In this document: piece after piece, positions 17,706-29,827 of the stretch
Position numbering within the stretch: the first letter of the stretch is position 1
Layout of the letters: each line of letters opens with the position of its first letter
Assembly: GCA_003551645.1 (NCBI GenBank)
Contig: PUND01000018.1
Location: 1-61,200, forward strand
Reading direction: 5' to 3'
DNA: 61,200 nucleotides
DNA from: Phycisphaerae bacterium
GTDB taxonomy: Bacteria > Planctomycetota > Phycisphaerae > SM23-33
Notes under the pieces: generated by a model
Seen by the model: only the letters and a program-made list of their open reading frames with translations
What the model was told of the DNA's origin: nothing
Database searches by the model: none
Program-made: the position numbers and the translations under genes

Positions 17706-20114
17706 TCACTCCTGTCCGGCACGCTGCCGGGCCTCGTTGGACTGCGGAGAGTCGGCGGGTTCTTCCGGTTGCTGCCGGTCCTCGGTCTGTTTCCTTGCAG
17801 CGTCGTTCTCGGCCGCGGAGGGCTTTTCGCCGGCAGGTGTGGGGTACGCGATACGGGAGTGATAGATAGAGCACAGACTCTTGACCAGCGAGGCCTCTAT
17901 CTGGTGGACCTCCCGAAGCATCAACTCGCACTCGTTGAGCTGTCCGTCCTGGAGGCGGCGCGCGACCATGGCGTGTACCTGATTTTCGATTCGCCCCGGC
18001 GTCGGGTCGGACATCGCGCGCACGGACGACTCCGCCGCGTCGGCGAGCATCAGGATGGCCGGTTCCTTGTGCCTGGGCTTCGGTCCGGGGTAGCGGAACT
18101 CGACGTCGTCGGGCGCCCGGTCGGCGTCGGCCTTTCTCTGCTCGGCGGCCTGTTGATAGAAATAATGCACCAGTGTCGTGCCGTGATGGGCGGTGATGAA
18201 CTCGTGCAGCTCGTGGGGCAGGCCATACTCGCGGGCCATCTCCAGCCCGTCCTTGACGTGCCCGATTATCACGAGCAAGCTCATCGCGGGCGAGAGCTTG
18301 GCGTGCTTTGAGGCGCCGGTCTGGTTTTCGATGAAGTATTCGGGCTTGTTGATTTTACCTATATCGTGGTAGTAGGCCCCGACGCGGGCCAGCAGCCCCC
18401 GCGCACCGATGGCGTCGGCGGCGGCCTCGCACATCGCTCCGAGCTGCAGCGAATGGTTATAGGTCCCCGGCGCCTCCATCGCCAGCCGCCGCAGCAGCGG
18501 CCTGGAGGCGTCGCACCACTCCAGCAACGTCATGCTGGTCGCGACGCGGAAGAACCTTTCCACCAGCGGAAGCATCGCCTGGATGATAAGCCCGACCGCC
18601 AGCGCCGATCCGCCGGCCCAGAGGGCGTTGTACATAGGGAACGACAGCGGAATACCCCGGAACATACCGACGGCCATCGTCGCGGCGAACACGGCGGCGG
18701 CCGAGATTGCCGAGACCTGTATCAGCTTGCTCCTTGTGCGGACTTCATGCAATTGGAAGACGGCCGTGGTTACCCCGGCCAGGGGCACGATGAAAACCTC
18801 CAACGGCGCACGGACCTGCAAGACCGCCAGAAGCGCTAGCGTCGTCCCGCCGGCCAGGGCGAACCGCCTGTCGAAGGCGATCCCGAGCACGACCCCCCCC
18901 ATCAGCACGGGCAGTACTACGGTATGCTCGTTCCATTCCAGCGCCCAGACGACCCCCTTGTTGACCGCCAGCATCAGCAGGAAGGTAGCAACCAACGCGA
19001 ACGCGCGCCAGTGGTCGGTCAACAGGCCGTGGTGGTAGTAGAACACGTAAAGCGACGCCGCCGCCGTGATAAGCAGTAGAATGACGGCTCGGCCGGTTAC
19101 CTGCCTGGCCAGCAGATAGGGGTTCTGCTGCCGTTTCTGTCGCAGGTACTGGCGGTGCTCGGTTCGCAGAAGCTCCAGTTCGCCGGAGGTCAGTCCTGAC
19201 GGGTCGGCCAGCAGACCGGTCGGACGGTCGGCATATACCAGGACGTCGCCGCGTTCGTATATGTCGAACACTTCGCTGGGCGGGTCGGCGGCCAACTGCT
19301 TGACGGCCTCTTCGACATCGGCCATCGTGCGATCGGCGTTGTAGTGGTAAAGCGGCCTGCCCTGCTGGATGAACACATGCAGCAGATAGGCCTCCACTGA
19401 CGGCTTGAGCCGATCGTCGAACACTGCGGCCAGCCGGGCCGCCTCTCTCTGGATTGCTCCGGTGTCCTGAAGCCCGATAAGAGCGGTCACGTTTCGCTCG
19501 ACGGCGTCATTGTCGTCGTAGAGTACGCGGACCCTGTTGGCCATGCGCTCGATCTGCTCTCTGGCCCTTTCCTCGGGCACGATCAATACCTGTCGAAGCT
19601 CCTGGCGAAGCCGCTCGGTCTGGTCTTCGAGGCGCTCGCGCCGATTGCCTTCGGCGTACTCGTGCCAGGTCTCCAACTGCTCGGCTTCCTCCAGCGCGAA
19701 CTGTTCGCGGATGCTCTCGTCCAGATCGGCCGGCTGGGTGGTCGTGCGGATCCGCTCTGGCAGTTGACGGAGCTTGGAGGCGATCTCGTCGAGCAGGTCT
19801 TCGTTGGGCCGGAACGTCGCGGGGGTGGCGCGCCGGGCGTTATCCTGGGCCTGTCGCAGGCGTTGTTCGGAGAGCACGCGGAAGGTCACACGCGCGCGGA
19901 TGTCTTCCGGGACGTGCTGGCCGGTACGGTAGGTCAGCGGCTCCATCGGCCAGGCGTCCATAATCAGCATGGCCGCGAAAAACACCACCAGCAGGACCGC
20001 GCTTACCGGTCCGCCGGCCTGGCTGAACCTGCGCCAGGCCGCCAACGGCCGGGACGCCGGCTTCTTGTGCAGGTCTATACGCCGTTTGCGGGGAGATTTC
20101 TTAAAAGACCACAT
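17706..20114 (-). CDS. 7TM-HD (HDIG) phosphohydrolase, PgpH/YqfF-like
   Basis: Extracellular region, multiple TM helices, APGTYNHS, YHDIGK, HHGT, MLADAAE. Confidence 0.9.
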   Translation of the reverse strand: MWSFKKSPRKRRIDLHKKPASRPLAAWRRFSQAGGPVSAVLLVVFFAAMLIMDAWPMEPLTYRTGQHVPEDIRARVTFRVLSEQRLRQAQDNARRATPATFRPNEDLLDEIASKLRQLPERIRTTTQPADLDESIREQFALEEAEQLETWHEYAEGNRRERLEDQTERLRQELRQVLIVPEERAREQIERMANRVRVLYDDNDAVERNVTALIGLQDTGAIQREAARLAAVFDDRLKPSVEAYLLHVFIQQGRPLYHYNADRTMADVEEAVKQLAADPPSEVFDIYERGDVLVYADRPTGLLADPSGLTSGELELLRTEHRQYLRQKRQQNPYLLARQVTGRAVILLLITAAASLYVFYYHHGLLTDHWRAFALVATFLLMLAVNKGVVWALEWNEHTVVLPVLMGGVVLGIAFDRRFALAGGTTLALLAVLQVRAPLEVFIVPLAGVTTAVFQLHEVRTRSKLIQVSAISAAAVFAATMAVGMFRGIPLSFPMYNALWAGGSALAVGLIIQAMLPLVERFFRVATSMTLLEWCDASRPLLRRLAMEAPGTYNHSLQLGAMCEAAADAIGARGLLARVGAYYHDIGKINKPEYFIENQTGASKHAKLSPAMSLLVIIGHVKDGLEMAREYGLPHELHEFITAHHGTTLVHYFYQQAAEQRKADADRAPDDVEFRYPGPKPRHKEPAILMLADAAESSVRAMSDPTPGRIENQVHAMVARRLQDGQLNECELMLREVHQIEASLVKSLCSIYHSRIAYPTPAGEKPSAAENDAARKQTEDRQQPEEPADSPQSNEARQRAGQE

Positions 20115-20139
20115 AGTGTAGCGCGGGTCCTTACCGATT

Positions 20140-21135
20140 TTATTCGCGGCTCGAGCCGTTGCGTCCGTAGGCGTCAACGATGCTCTGCACCAGGCGGTGG
20201 CGCACGATATCGGACCGGTCCAAGCGGACCATGGCCAGGCCCTTGATGCCGGCAAGACGCTCCTTCGCGTCCAGCAGCCCGCTGCCGGCGTCGTCGGGCA
20301 GGTCAACCTGGCTGTCGTCGCCTGTGACGATCATCTTCGAGCCGTGTCCCATGCGGGTCAGGAACATGAGCATCTGCGAGGCGGTGGTGTTCTGGGCCTC
20401 GTCCAGGATGATAACCGAATCATTCAGCGTCCGCCCTCGCATAAACGCCAGCGGAATAACCTCGATCAGGTCGTTTACCATGAACCTGCGAATCTGGTCG
20501 TAGTCCATCATATCGTGCAGCGCGTCGAACAGCGGGCGCAGATAGGGGTTTACCTTCGCCTGCATGTCGCCGGGCAGGAAGCCGAGCTTCTCGCCTGCTT
20601 CCACGGCCGGCCTGACAAGCACCAGGCGCTTGGCCTGCTGGTGCTTGAGCATGTGCACGGCCACGGCGACCGCGAGGTAGGTCTTGCCGGTGCCGGCCGG
20701 ACCCAGACAGAAGACCAGGTCGTGCGTCCGCATGGCCTCGATGTATCGGCCCTGGCCGGGCGTCTTCGGCTTGACGACCTGCCCGGAGACGTAAACATCA
20801 AGCACCTCGGAGGCCTGCTTGGCCTCCTCTCTGGCCGCGTTGCTTATCGCCTCGGCTACTGTGGACTCGCTGACCGTGTCCCGTTTGCGCATAGCACGCT
20901 GCAGGTGCTCGACCACAGCCGCGGCGCGGGAGACGTTCTTCGCCGCCCCGGTAAGCTTGATTCGTCCCTCTCGGGCGAAAATCTGCACGTCCAGGGCCTC
21001 GCGTATCATCCGAAGATGGCGGTCCCCCGGACCGAACAGGACGTCCCGCTTCTGGGGGTTTTCCAGCGTTATACTCAGTTCCACCGGCGGTCTTAGACCT
21101 CCACTATCGGCGGCCGCTGCTGCCGACATCGGCAT
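20140..21135 (-). CDS. phoH: PhoH-family ATPase with N-terminal KH-like region
   Basis: GPAGTGKT, RPAVEAGEKLGFLPG, MRGRTL, DEAQN, DIVRH; exact start uncertain. Confidence 0.92.
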   Translation of the reverse strand: MPMSAAAAADSGGLRPPVELSITLENPQKRDVLFGPGDRHLRMIREALDVQIFAREGRIKLTGAAKNVSRAAAVVEHLQRAMRKRDTVSESTVAEAISNAAREEAKQASEVLDVYVSGQVVKPKTPGQGRYIEAMRTHDLVFCLGPAGTGKTYLAVAVAVHMLKHQQAKRLVLVRPAVEAGEKLGFLPGDMQAKVNPYLRPLFDALHDMMDYDQIRRFMVNDLIEVIPLAFMRGRTLNDSVIILDEAQNTTASQMLMFLTRMGHGSKMIVTGDDSQVDLPDDAGSGLLDAKERLAGIKGLAMVRLDRSDIVRHRLVQSIVDAYGRNGSSRE

Positions 21136-21224
21136 AACGAGCGGTCCGCTACAGCACTCACAGTATCATTTTATCCCCGGTCCGGCCTCCATACGAGGGC
21201 GAATGCCCCCGCGCCGGCTGCGCG

Positions 21225-21260
21225 AAAAAACCGGGACGGCTCCAGAGGAGACCGTCCCGG
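21225..21260 (-). terminator. Intrinsic terminator of the prepilin-type gene
   Basis: CCGGGACGG/CCGTCCCGG 9-bp stem followed by U6 on the minus strand. Confidence 0.8.
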
Positions 21261-21311
21261 ATTTCAACGGCGTCGTTTTTCACGGCCGGGCGAGACACAA
21301 CTGCCTATCGA

Positions 21312-22085
21312 TCAGTCGTTGTCACGCGTGGTATATAGATGCGAATCGCCCGGGTAATCCAGATCGCCCAGACTTGAACTGCGGCCGGAGAGGTTACCGT
21401 CGTTGTCCATGTCCCTGGCGAATACGTGGTTGTTGTTGACGCCAACCATGTGTTTGCCCTCGTCCTCTTCCTCATGGGCGAGGCGGTCGTTCCAGTTCAC
21501 GTGCCCGCCTATGGCCAGCAGGTTGGTTCCTCGCCGTGCGTGGTTGGCCGAATGTTGGTCCATGGACGCCCGGTCGCCGGCTATGTAAGTTCCAGGCCCC
21601 TGCCCCGGTGCGCCGGGGTAGGCCATATTGTTGCGTCGGGCGGTGGGCTGAAAGGCGTAGGAGACGGCGCGCTCGTCGTCAAAGCCATACTCATCGTCGC
21701 TTTCCCTTGCCCGGTATCCGCCGTCGGCGGGGCACTCGAACATCCGCTCACTGACGAATGCACGGTCGCGGTCGGCCAGCAACCAGTAGGACTGTACGAT
21801 GGAGTCCCTCTCGTTGGACCAGAGGTTAGAGCGGCTCGTCTGGGCGCTCGGCTCGCTGCCCTGGTTGCCTGGGCTGCGGCCTCCGGCGAGCGTGGGCGTG
21901 GTGCCGAAATCGCTCTCGTAAAGACTGAGCGCGCTACCGATGCCGCTGAGGTTTGTGGCGCATCTTACGCGCCGGGCCATCGCGCGGGCCTGGCCGAGGG
22001 CGGGCAGCAGAATGCCCACCAGCAGGGCGATGATTGCGATGACCACCAACAGCTCAATCAATGTGAATCCACGTTTGTGTCGCAT
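21312..22085 (-). CDS. Prepilin-type N-terminal cleavage/methylation domain protein (planctomycete pseudopilin-like)
   Basis: [27 protein letters not shown]......C..NL; C-terminal [15 protein letters not shown] (variant H-X9-DG); SD AAGGAGG. Confidence 0.9.
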   Translation of the reverse strand: MRHKRGFTLIELLVVIAIIALLVGILLPALGQARAMARRVRCATNLSGIGSALSLYESDFGTTPTLAGGRSPGNQGSEPSAQTSRSNLWSNERDSIVQSYWLLADRDRAFVSERMFECPADGGYRARESDDEYGFDDERAVSYAFQPTARRNNMAYPGAPGQGPGTYIAGDRASMDQHSANHARRGTNLLAIGGHVNWNDRLAHEEEDEGKHMVGVNNNHVFARDMDNDGNLSGRSSSLGDLDYPGDSHLYTTRDND

Positions 22086-22661
22086 TTCGCGACCTCCTTG
22101 TGTTGCGCCAGGTTGGTTGCCCACGCGTTCGGGAACTCACATGAACCCATGAATAACCTATAAGACCGTTCGCTTCCGCGTGGGTCAACAGGATGCCTGA
22201 CTCGGCCGACTACACAGCCGACCTTACCTGTGTTCTCTGTGTGGGCGACCGTCGCCCGAATCGATTCTTGCGGCCGGGATACGCTCCACTACCGCAGCGT
22301 ACCGCCGGGACAACCGCAAACACAGAAGAAACGTTTCTCTGGCGAGAGGGGCAGGCGGGGATCAACAAATAACCAGCGTATGAGGGCGTATGCGTTCCCG
22401 CCTCATCTCTCACCATAATATCATTACCTGCGGCTGTGGGGGTTGTCAAGTATTTTCCCTGCCATTCCGGCGAGAATTGCCCTTGGCAGCGGTGGAGTGG
22501 CGTATTAGAATCCCGAGTTCCCCGTCGTCGCCAATGGTGACAGTAGTTTGCGTCCATGCGACGACCGCGCCAGGCCCACTGTACGATACTTGCGACACAA
22601 GGTGGATGTGGCGAAAAGTCGCGCCGAAGAAGGGCCGAGCAGACCGGACACTAAGGTCAAT

Positions 22662-25358
<2,697 letters not shown>

Positions 25359-25394
25359 GATGCGCGTTGGCGTCCGGAGATGTATCGTTTATCC

Positions 25395-25425
25395 TTGACA
25401 GGGAATCGGCGGCCTTTTCTAGTGT
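25395..25425 (+). promoter_or_regulatory. Putative promoter of the rpmF-plsX-fab operon
   Basis: TTGACA at 25395-25400; TCTAGT/TAGTGT -10 candidates 17-19 nt downstream. Confidence 0.45.
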
Positions 25426-25495
25426 CCTGCCACGCCTGGCGGGCGCCGGGGCGTCGGTTGAGAGTTTTTTGGCTGATTGACGAGGAAGAAGAACC

Positions 25496-25681
25496 ATGCT
25501 GGCTCCAACAAAGAAGACATCACATTCCCGGACCCGTCGGCGACGAAGTCATCAGGCCCTGCGGGCGGTGAACTACTCGGACTGTCCGCGCTGCAACTCG
25601 CCGAAGCTTCCCCACGCGGCGTGCGAGAACTGCGGGTACGTCCGTCCCGGGCTGAGTTTGGAGATTAAAGAGGAGAGCTGA
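25496..25681 (+). CDS. rpmF: 50S ribosomal protein L32 (Zn-ribbon type)
   Basis: PTKKTSHSRTRRRRSH, CPRC..PH.ACENCG; precedes plsX. Confidence 0.93.
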   Translation: MLAPTKKTSHSRTRRRRSHQALRAVNYSDCPRCNSPKLPHAACENCGYVRPGLSLEIKEES

Positions 25682-25684
25682 CGT

Positions 25685-26695
25685 ATGCGGATCGGCATCG
25701 ACGCCATGGGCGGAGACTCCGCCCCCGTCGAGGAGATCCGCGGCGCATTCAGCGCCCGCACGCTACTCGACGAAGACGACCGCATCGTGCTGGTGGGGCG
25801 AGAGGATGTCCTCCGCGAACACCTGGCGTCCTGCGACGGGTGGGAGGATTTCATCGAGATTCACCCCGCCGCCGACGTCATCGGCATGGACGAATCGCCC
25901 GTTGAGGCGCTGCGTTCCAAGCCCGACAGTTCGATCGCCGTCATGGCGGAGATGCACAAGCGAGGCGAACTGGATGCCTGCCTTTCGGCGGGCAATACCG
26001 GTGCCTTCGTGGCCGCGGCGCAGATGCGGCTGCGACGCCTTCGCGGCGTACACCGGCCCGGCATCGCCATTATCACGCCGACCCACGCCGGACCGGTCGC
26101 CCTGTGCGACGTCGGCGCCAACGTCCAGTGCCGCCCGCAGCATCTGCATCAGTACGCGTTGATGGCGTCGGTGTACCTCGATGCCCTCTGCGGTGTGGAC
26201 AAGGCCCGAGTGGGGCTTCTCAGCATCGGAGAGGAAGACGCCAAGGGAACCGATCTGGTCAAGCGGGCGCGCGACCTTATGCGCGAAGATCGCGACATCG
26301 AGCTGGTGGGCAACGTCGAGGGCCGCGACCTGTTCCGCGGTGTCTGCGACGTGATGGTCTGCGACGGCTTCGTCGGCAACGTGGTGCTGAAGCTTATGGA
26401 GGGGATGGCCGTCGGAGTCATCCACGGCCTGATCGGCGAACTCGTCGCCTCGATGCCCGATCACGAGGGCCGGATAGTGCAGGCGGCCGAAGGGATTGCC
26501 TCAAAGTACGACTTCAACGAATACGGCGGCGCTCCCCTGCTGGGCATCGCGGGTATTTGCATAATCTGTCACGGCGCCAGCGACCAGCGAGGAATAATGA
26601 ACGCCGTGCGGGTGGCCCGCGAATTCGCCGAGCAGAAGGTGAACGACCGAATCATAGAACTGTTGAACAAGGCACGAAGGACCGCTCATGCCTGA
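25685..26695 (+). CDS. plsX: Phosphate acyltransferase PlsX
   Basis: IDAMGGD, SAGNTGA, DVGAN, GNVEGRD, DGFVGN, GGAPLLG. Confidence 0.95.
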   Translation: MRIGIDAMGGDSAPVEEIRGAFSARTLLDEDDRIVLVGREDVLREHLASCDGWEDFIEIHPAADVIGMDESPVEALRSKPDSSIAVMAEMHKRGELDACLSAGNTGAFVAAAQMRLRRLRGVHRPGIAIITPTHAGPVALCDVGANVQCRPQHLHQYALMASVYLDALCGVDKARVGLLSIGEEDAKGTDLVKRARDLMREDRDIELVGNVEGRDLFRGVCDVMVCDGFVGNVVLKLMEGMAVGVIHGLIGELVASMPDHEGRIVQAAEGIASKYDFNEYGGAPLLGIAGICIICHGASDQRGIMNAVRVAREFAEQKVNDRIIELLNKARRTAHA

Positions 26696-27680
26696 CAGCC
26701 CCCGCGCGGCGATCAAAGGGCTGGGTGTCGCCGTTCCCGACCGCGTTTTGACCAATACCGACTTGGAATCCTTCGTCGATACCTCCGACGAATGGATAGT
26801 CCAGCGTACCGGAATCAGGCAGCGCAGGGTCGTCTCGAACGGTCAGACCACCGCCTCGCTGGCCGCCGACGCCGCGAAGGCGGCTCTGAACGACGCCGGC
26901 CTGGACGCCGGCGAGCTGGACCTTATTATCTGCGCCACCGTCTGCCCGGAGATGATACTTCCGGCGACGGCGTGTTTCATCCAGAGCGAGCTGGCCGCGA
27001 CCAGGGCCGCCGCCTTCGACCTGAACGCCGCCTGCAGCGGCTGGCTGTACGCACTGACCGTGGCCGACCAGTTCATACGCACCGGAACCTACAACAGGGT
27101 GCTGGTAGTCGGCTCCGAGACTCTCACACGCTTCACCGACTATACCGACCGAGCCACGTGCGTGCTGTTTGGAGACGGCGCCGGGGCCGCCGTCCTGGAG
27201 GCGGACGACTCCGGCCTGCGCGGCATACTCTACAACGTCATGCACGCCGACGGCTCCGGCTGGGATTTCATCCACGTGCCCGCCGGCGGGGCGCGGGAGG
27301 TGGCCTCGCACCGGACCGTCGCCGAACGCAAGCATTTCATAAAGATGCGAGGCCGCGACGTGTACAAGTTCGCCGTCGAGAAGATGCAGTGGCTGCTGGC
27401 CGACTGCACAAAGGCGTGTGGGCTTTCGCCGGACGACGTTGACTTGGTGGTCCCCCATCAGGTGAACGTGCGGATTATAAAGTCCGCCACCGACAAGGTG
27501 GGCTTGCCGCTGGATAAGGTTTACATAAACATCGACAGGTACGGAAATACATCGGCGGCGTCGATACCGCTGGCGCTGGCGGAGGCGAGGCAAGACGGCA
27601 GGATAGGCGTCGGCTCGCTGGTGCTGCTTGTGGCTTTCGGCGCCGGGCTTACCTGGGCCGGAACCGTCGTGCGGCTTTGA
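26688..27680 (+). CDS. fabH: Beta-ketoacyl-ACP synthase III
   Basis: DTSDEWI.QRTGI, AACSG, HQVN, GNTSAAS, FGAGLTW. Confidence 0.95.
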   Translation: MPDSPRAAIKGLGVAVPDRVLTNTDLESFVDTSDEWIVQRTGIRQRRVVSNGQTTASLAADAAKAALNDAGLDAGELDLIICATVCPEMILPATACFIQSELAATRAAAFDLNAACSGWLYALTVADQFIRTGTYNRVLVVGSETLTRFTDYTDRATCVLFGDGAGAAVLEADDSGLRGILYNVMHADGSGWDFIHVPAGGAREVASHRTVAERKHFIKMRGRDVYKFAVEKMQWLLADCTKACGLSPDDVDLVVPHQVNVRIIKSATDKVGLPLDKVYINIDRYGNTSAASIPLALAEARQDGRIGVGSLVLLVAFGAGLTWAGTVVRL

Positions 27681-27702
27681 TATGGAGCGAATGGGGCGAC
27701 AG

Positions 27703-28641
27703 ATGAACCTCGCAATGCTTTTTCCCGGACAGGGCGCACAGAAGGTAGGCATGGCCCGCGACGTTTGCGAGGCCTCCCCGGCGGCTATGGAGGTCTTCGA
27801 GCGGGCCGAGCAGGCCGTCGAAATGCCGCTGCGCAAGCTCTGCTTCGAGGGGCCGGAAGAGCAACTGGCGCGGACGGACGTCTGCCAGCCGGCGATCTTC
27901 GCCGCCTCGGCCGCGATGCTGGCGGCGATATCCGAGCGGCTCGGCGACGATGCGCCCCGGCCGGCGGTCACCGCCGGACTTAGCTTGGGCGAGTACACCG
28001 CGCTCTACGCCGCCGGTGGTGTGGACCTGGTAACAGGCGTCCGCCTGGTGGCGCGTCGCGGAGCTGAGATGCAGCGGGCGGCCGAACAGACAGACTCCGG
28101 GATGGTCAGCATACTGGGCGTTGATGAGGATTCGGCCTGGAAGCTCGCCGAAGCCGCCGCCGACGGGCAGGTGCTGGTCTGCGCGAATTTCAACTGCCCT
28201 GGCCAGGTGGTCCTTTCCGGCGACTCGTCCGCCTGTAGGCGGGCGGCGGAGCTTGCCGAGCAGTTCGGCGCAACCGGTGCGGTTCCGCTAAAGGTGGCGG
28301 GCGCTTTTCACAGCGAGATGATGCGCCCCGCGGCCGAGGGCCTTGCCCGCACGCTGGCCGAGGCGGAAATCCGACCACCCCGTGTGCCGGTTGTCTCCAA
28401 CGTGGATGCGCGAGAACACACAGAGCCGGAGGACATCCGCAGGTGCCTGCTCGAACAGCTCACCTCGCCGGTACGCTGGCAGCAGTGCATGGAGCGCCTG
28501 CTCGGCAACGGGACGAAGACCCTTTACGAGGTCGGTCCGGGCAGGGTGCTCGGGGGTCTGATGAGACGTATAGACAGAGGCGCGGATTTCACTAGCATCA
28601 ACGGCCTGAATGCGATAGAGAAGCTGGCTCGAAGCGAGTAA
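27703..28641 (+). CDS. fabD: Malonyl-CoA:ACP transacylase
   Basis: FPGQG, GLSLGEY, GAFHS, EVGPG; alternative start 27682. Confidence 0.95.
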   Translation: MNLAMLFPGQGAQKVGMARDVCEASPAAMEVFERAEQAVEMPLRKLCFEGPEEQLARTDVCQPAIFAASAAMLAAISERLGDDAPRPAVTAGLSLGEYTALYAAGGVDLVTGVRLVARRGAEMQRAAEQTDSGMVSILGVDEDSAWKLAEAAADGQVLVCANFNCPGQVVLSGDSSACRRAAELAEQFGATGAVPLKVAGAFHSEMMRPAAEGLARTLAEAEIRPPRVPVVSNVDAREHTEPEDIRRCLLEQLTSPVRWQQCMERLLGNGTKTLYEVGPGRVLGGLMRRIDRGADFTSINGLNAIEKLARSE

Positions 28642-28664
28642 CGGCTGTATGGTTGAGGGACAGA

Positions 28665-29414
28665 ATGGCTGAAAAGACACATGACAATGCGGTTGCGATA
28701 GTCACCGGCGGCGCCCGCGGGATCGGGCTGGAGATATGCCGGGAGCTTCTCTCGGCCGGAATGACGGTGGTGGCGGTGGACCTCCGCGACGACCTGCTGG
28801 CCGGGCTGCCGGATGCGCTGGGTTCTCCCGGCGAGCGGCTCGCCACGCGGGCGATGGACGTTACCGACAGCGAGGGCTTCACCGCCCTTATCGACGAGGT
28901 CGCCGAGCAGCACGGCCGACTCGACGTGCTGGTCAATAACGCCGGCATAACCCGCGACGGCCTGCTTATGCGGATGGAAGACGAGGACTGGGAGATGGTG
29001 CTCAAGGTGAACCTCACCAGCGCCTTCATCGGCATCCGCGCCGCAAGCAGGCACATGATGAGGCAGAGAGGCGGAAGCATAATAAACATGGCGAGCTTCT
29101 CCGGATTGGAAGGCAATCGCGGCCAGGCGAACTACTCCGCCTCCAAGGCCGGGCTTATCGGCCTGACCAAGACCACCGCCAAGGAGTTCGCCGGCAAGAA
29201 TGTCCGCTGCAACGCCGTGGCGCCGGGCTTCATCCAGACCGAGATGACCGACGCCCTGCCGCAGCAGGCCAAGGACGTCGCCCAGGGCCTTATACCGATG
29301 AAGCGCTTCGGCGAGCCGTCCGACGTGGCCAGGGCGGTTGCGTTCCTTGCCTCCGACGCCTCCGGCTACATGACCGGACAGGTACTGAGCGTGGACGGCG
29401 GGATGCACATGTAG
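28665..29414 (+). CDS. fabG: 3-oxoacyl-ACP reductase
   Basis: TGGARGIG, NNAGITRD, YSASK, VDGGM. Confidence 0.95.
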   Translation: MAEKTHDNAVAIVTGGARGIGLEICRELLSAGMTVVAVDLRDDLLAGLPDALGSPGERLATRAMDVTDSEGFTALIDEVAEQHGRLDVLVNNAGITRDGLLMRMEDEDWEMVLKVNLTSAFIGIRAASRHMMRQRGGSIINMASFSGLEGNRGQANYSASKAGLIGLTKTTAKEFAGKNVRCNAVAPGFIQTEMTDALPQQAKDVAQGLIPMKRFGEPSDVARAVAFLASDASGYMTGQVLSVDGGMHM

Positions 29415-29560
29415 CTGGCTGAGAATTACGGTTGCATGGCCCGTGTCGGGCCTTCAGGATGGTGTTGCGTGGCCTTGGTGGCCACGCTATAGTACCGCCG
29501 CTCCTTGTGGGCGGCAGGCAAAATTAGCCAATAACGGTCCTTTGCATGGAGGACGAACCG

Positions 29561-29806
29561 GTGCCGGACGAAGTCGAAGATAGAGTTATCGAGATTGTTG
29601 CCGAACAGATGGGTGTGGACAAGAGCGAGATCACTCGAGAGACGTCGTTCATAAACGACCTCAACGCTGACTCGCTTGACACTGTGGAACTGGTCATGGG
29701 GTTCGAGGACGAGTTCGAACTGTCCATACCCGATGAAGAGGCCGAAAAGATTCAGACCGTCGGCCAGGCCATCGACTACATCAAAGAACACACCAGCAAG
29801 GTCTGA
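29561..29806 (+). CDS. acpP: Acyl carrier protein
   Basis: [14 protein letters not shown] phosphopantetheine site; GGAGGA SD before GTG. Confidence 0.95.
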   Translation: MPDEVEDRVIEIVAEQMGVDKSEITRETSFINDLNADSLDTVELVMGFEDEFELSIPDEEAEKIQTVGQAIDYIKEHTSKV

Positions 29807-29827
29807 GCGAGCACAGGGACTTACCCC

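Noticed and set aside
22450-22661. Possible T-box leader for alaS
   Set aside because: No GGTGGNACC T-box sequence or antiterminator/terminator pair found.
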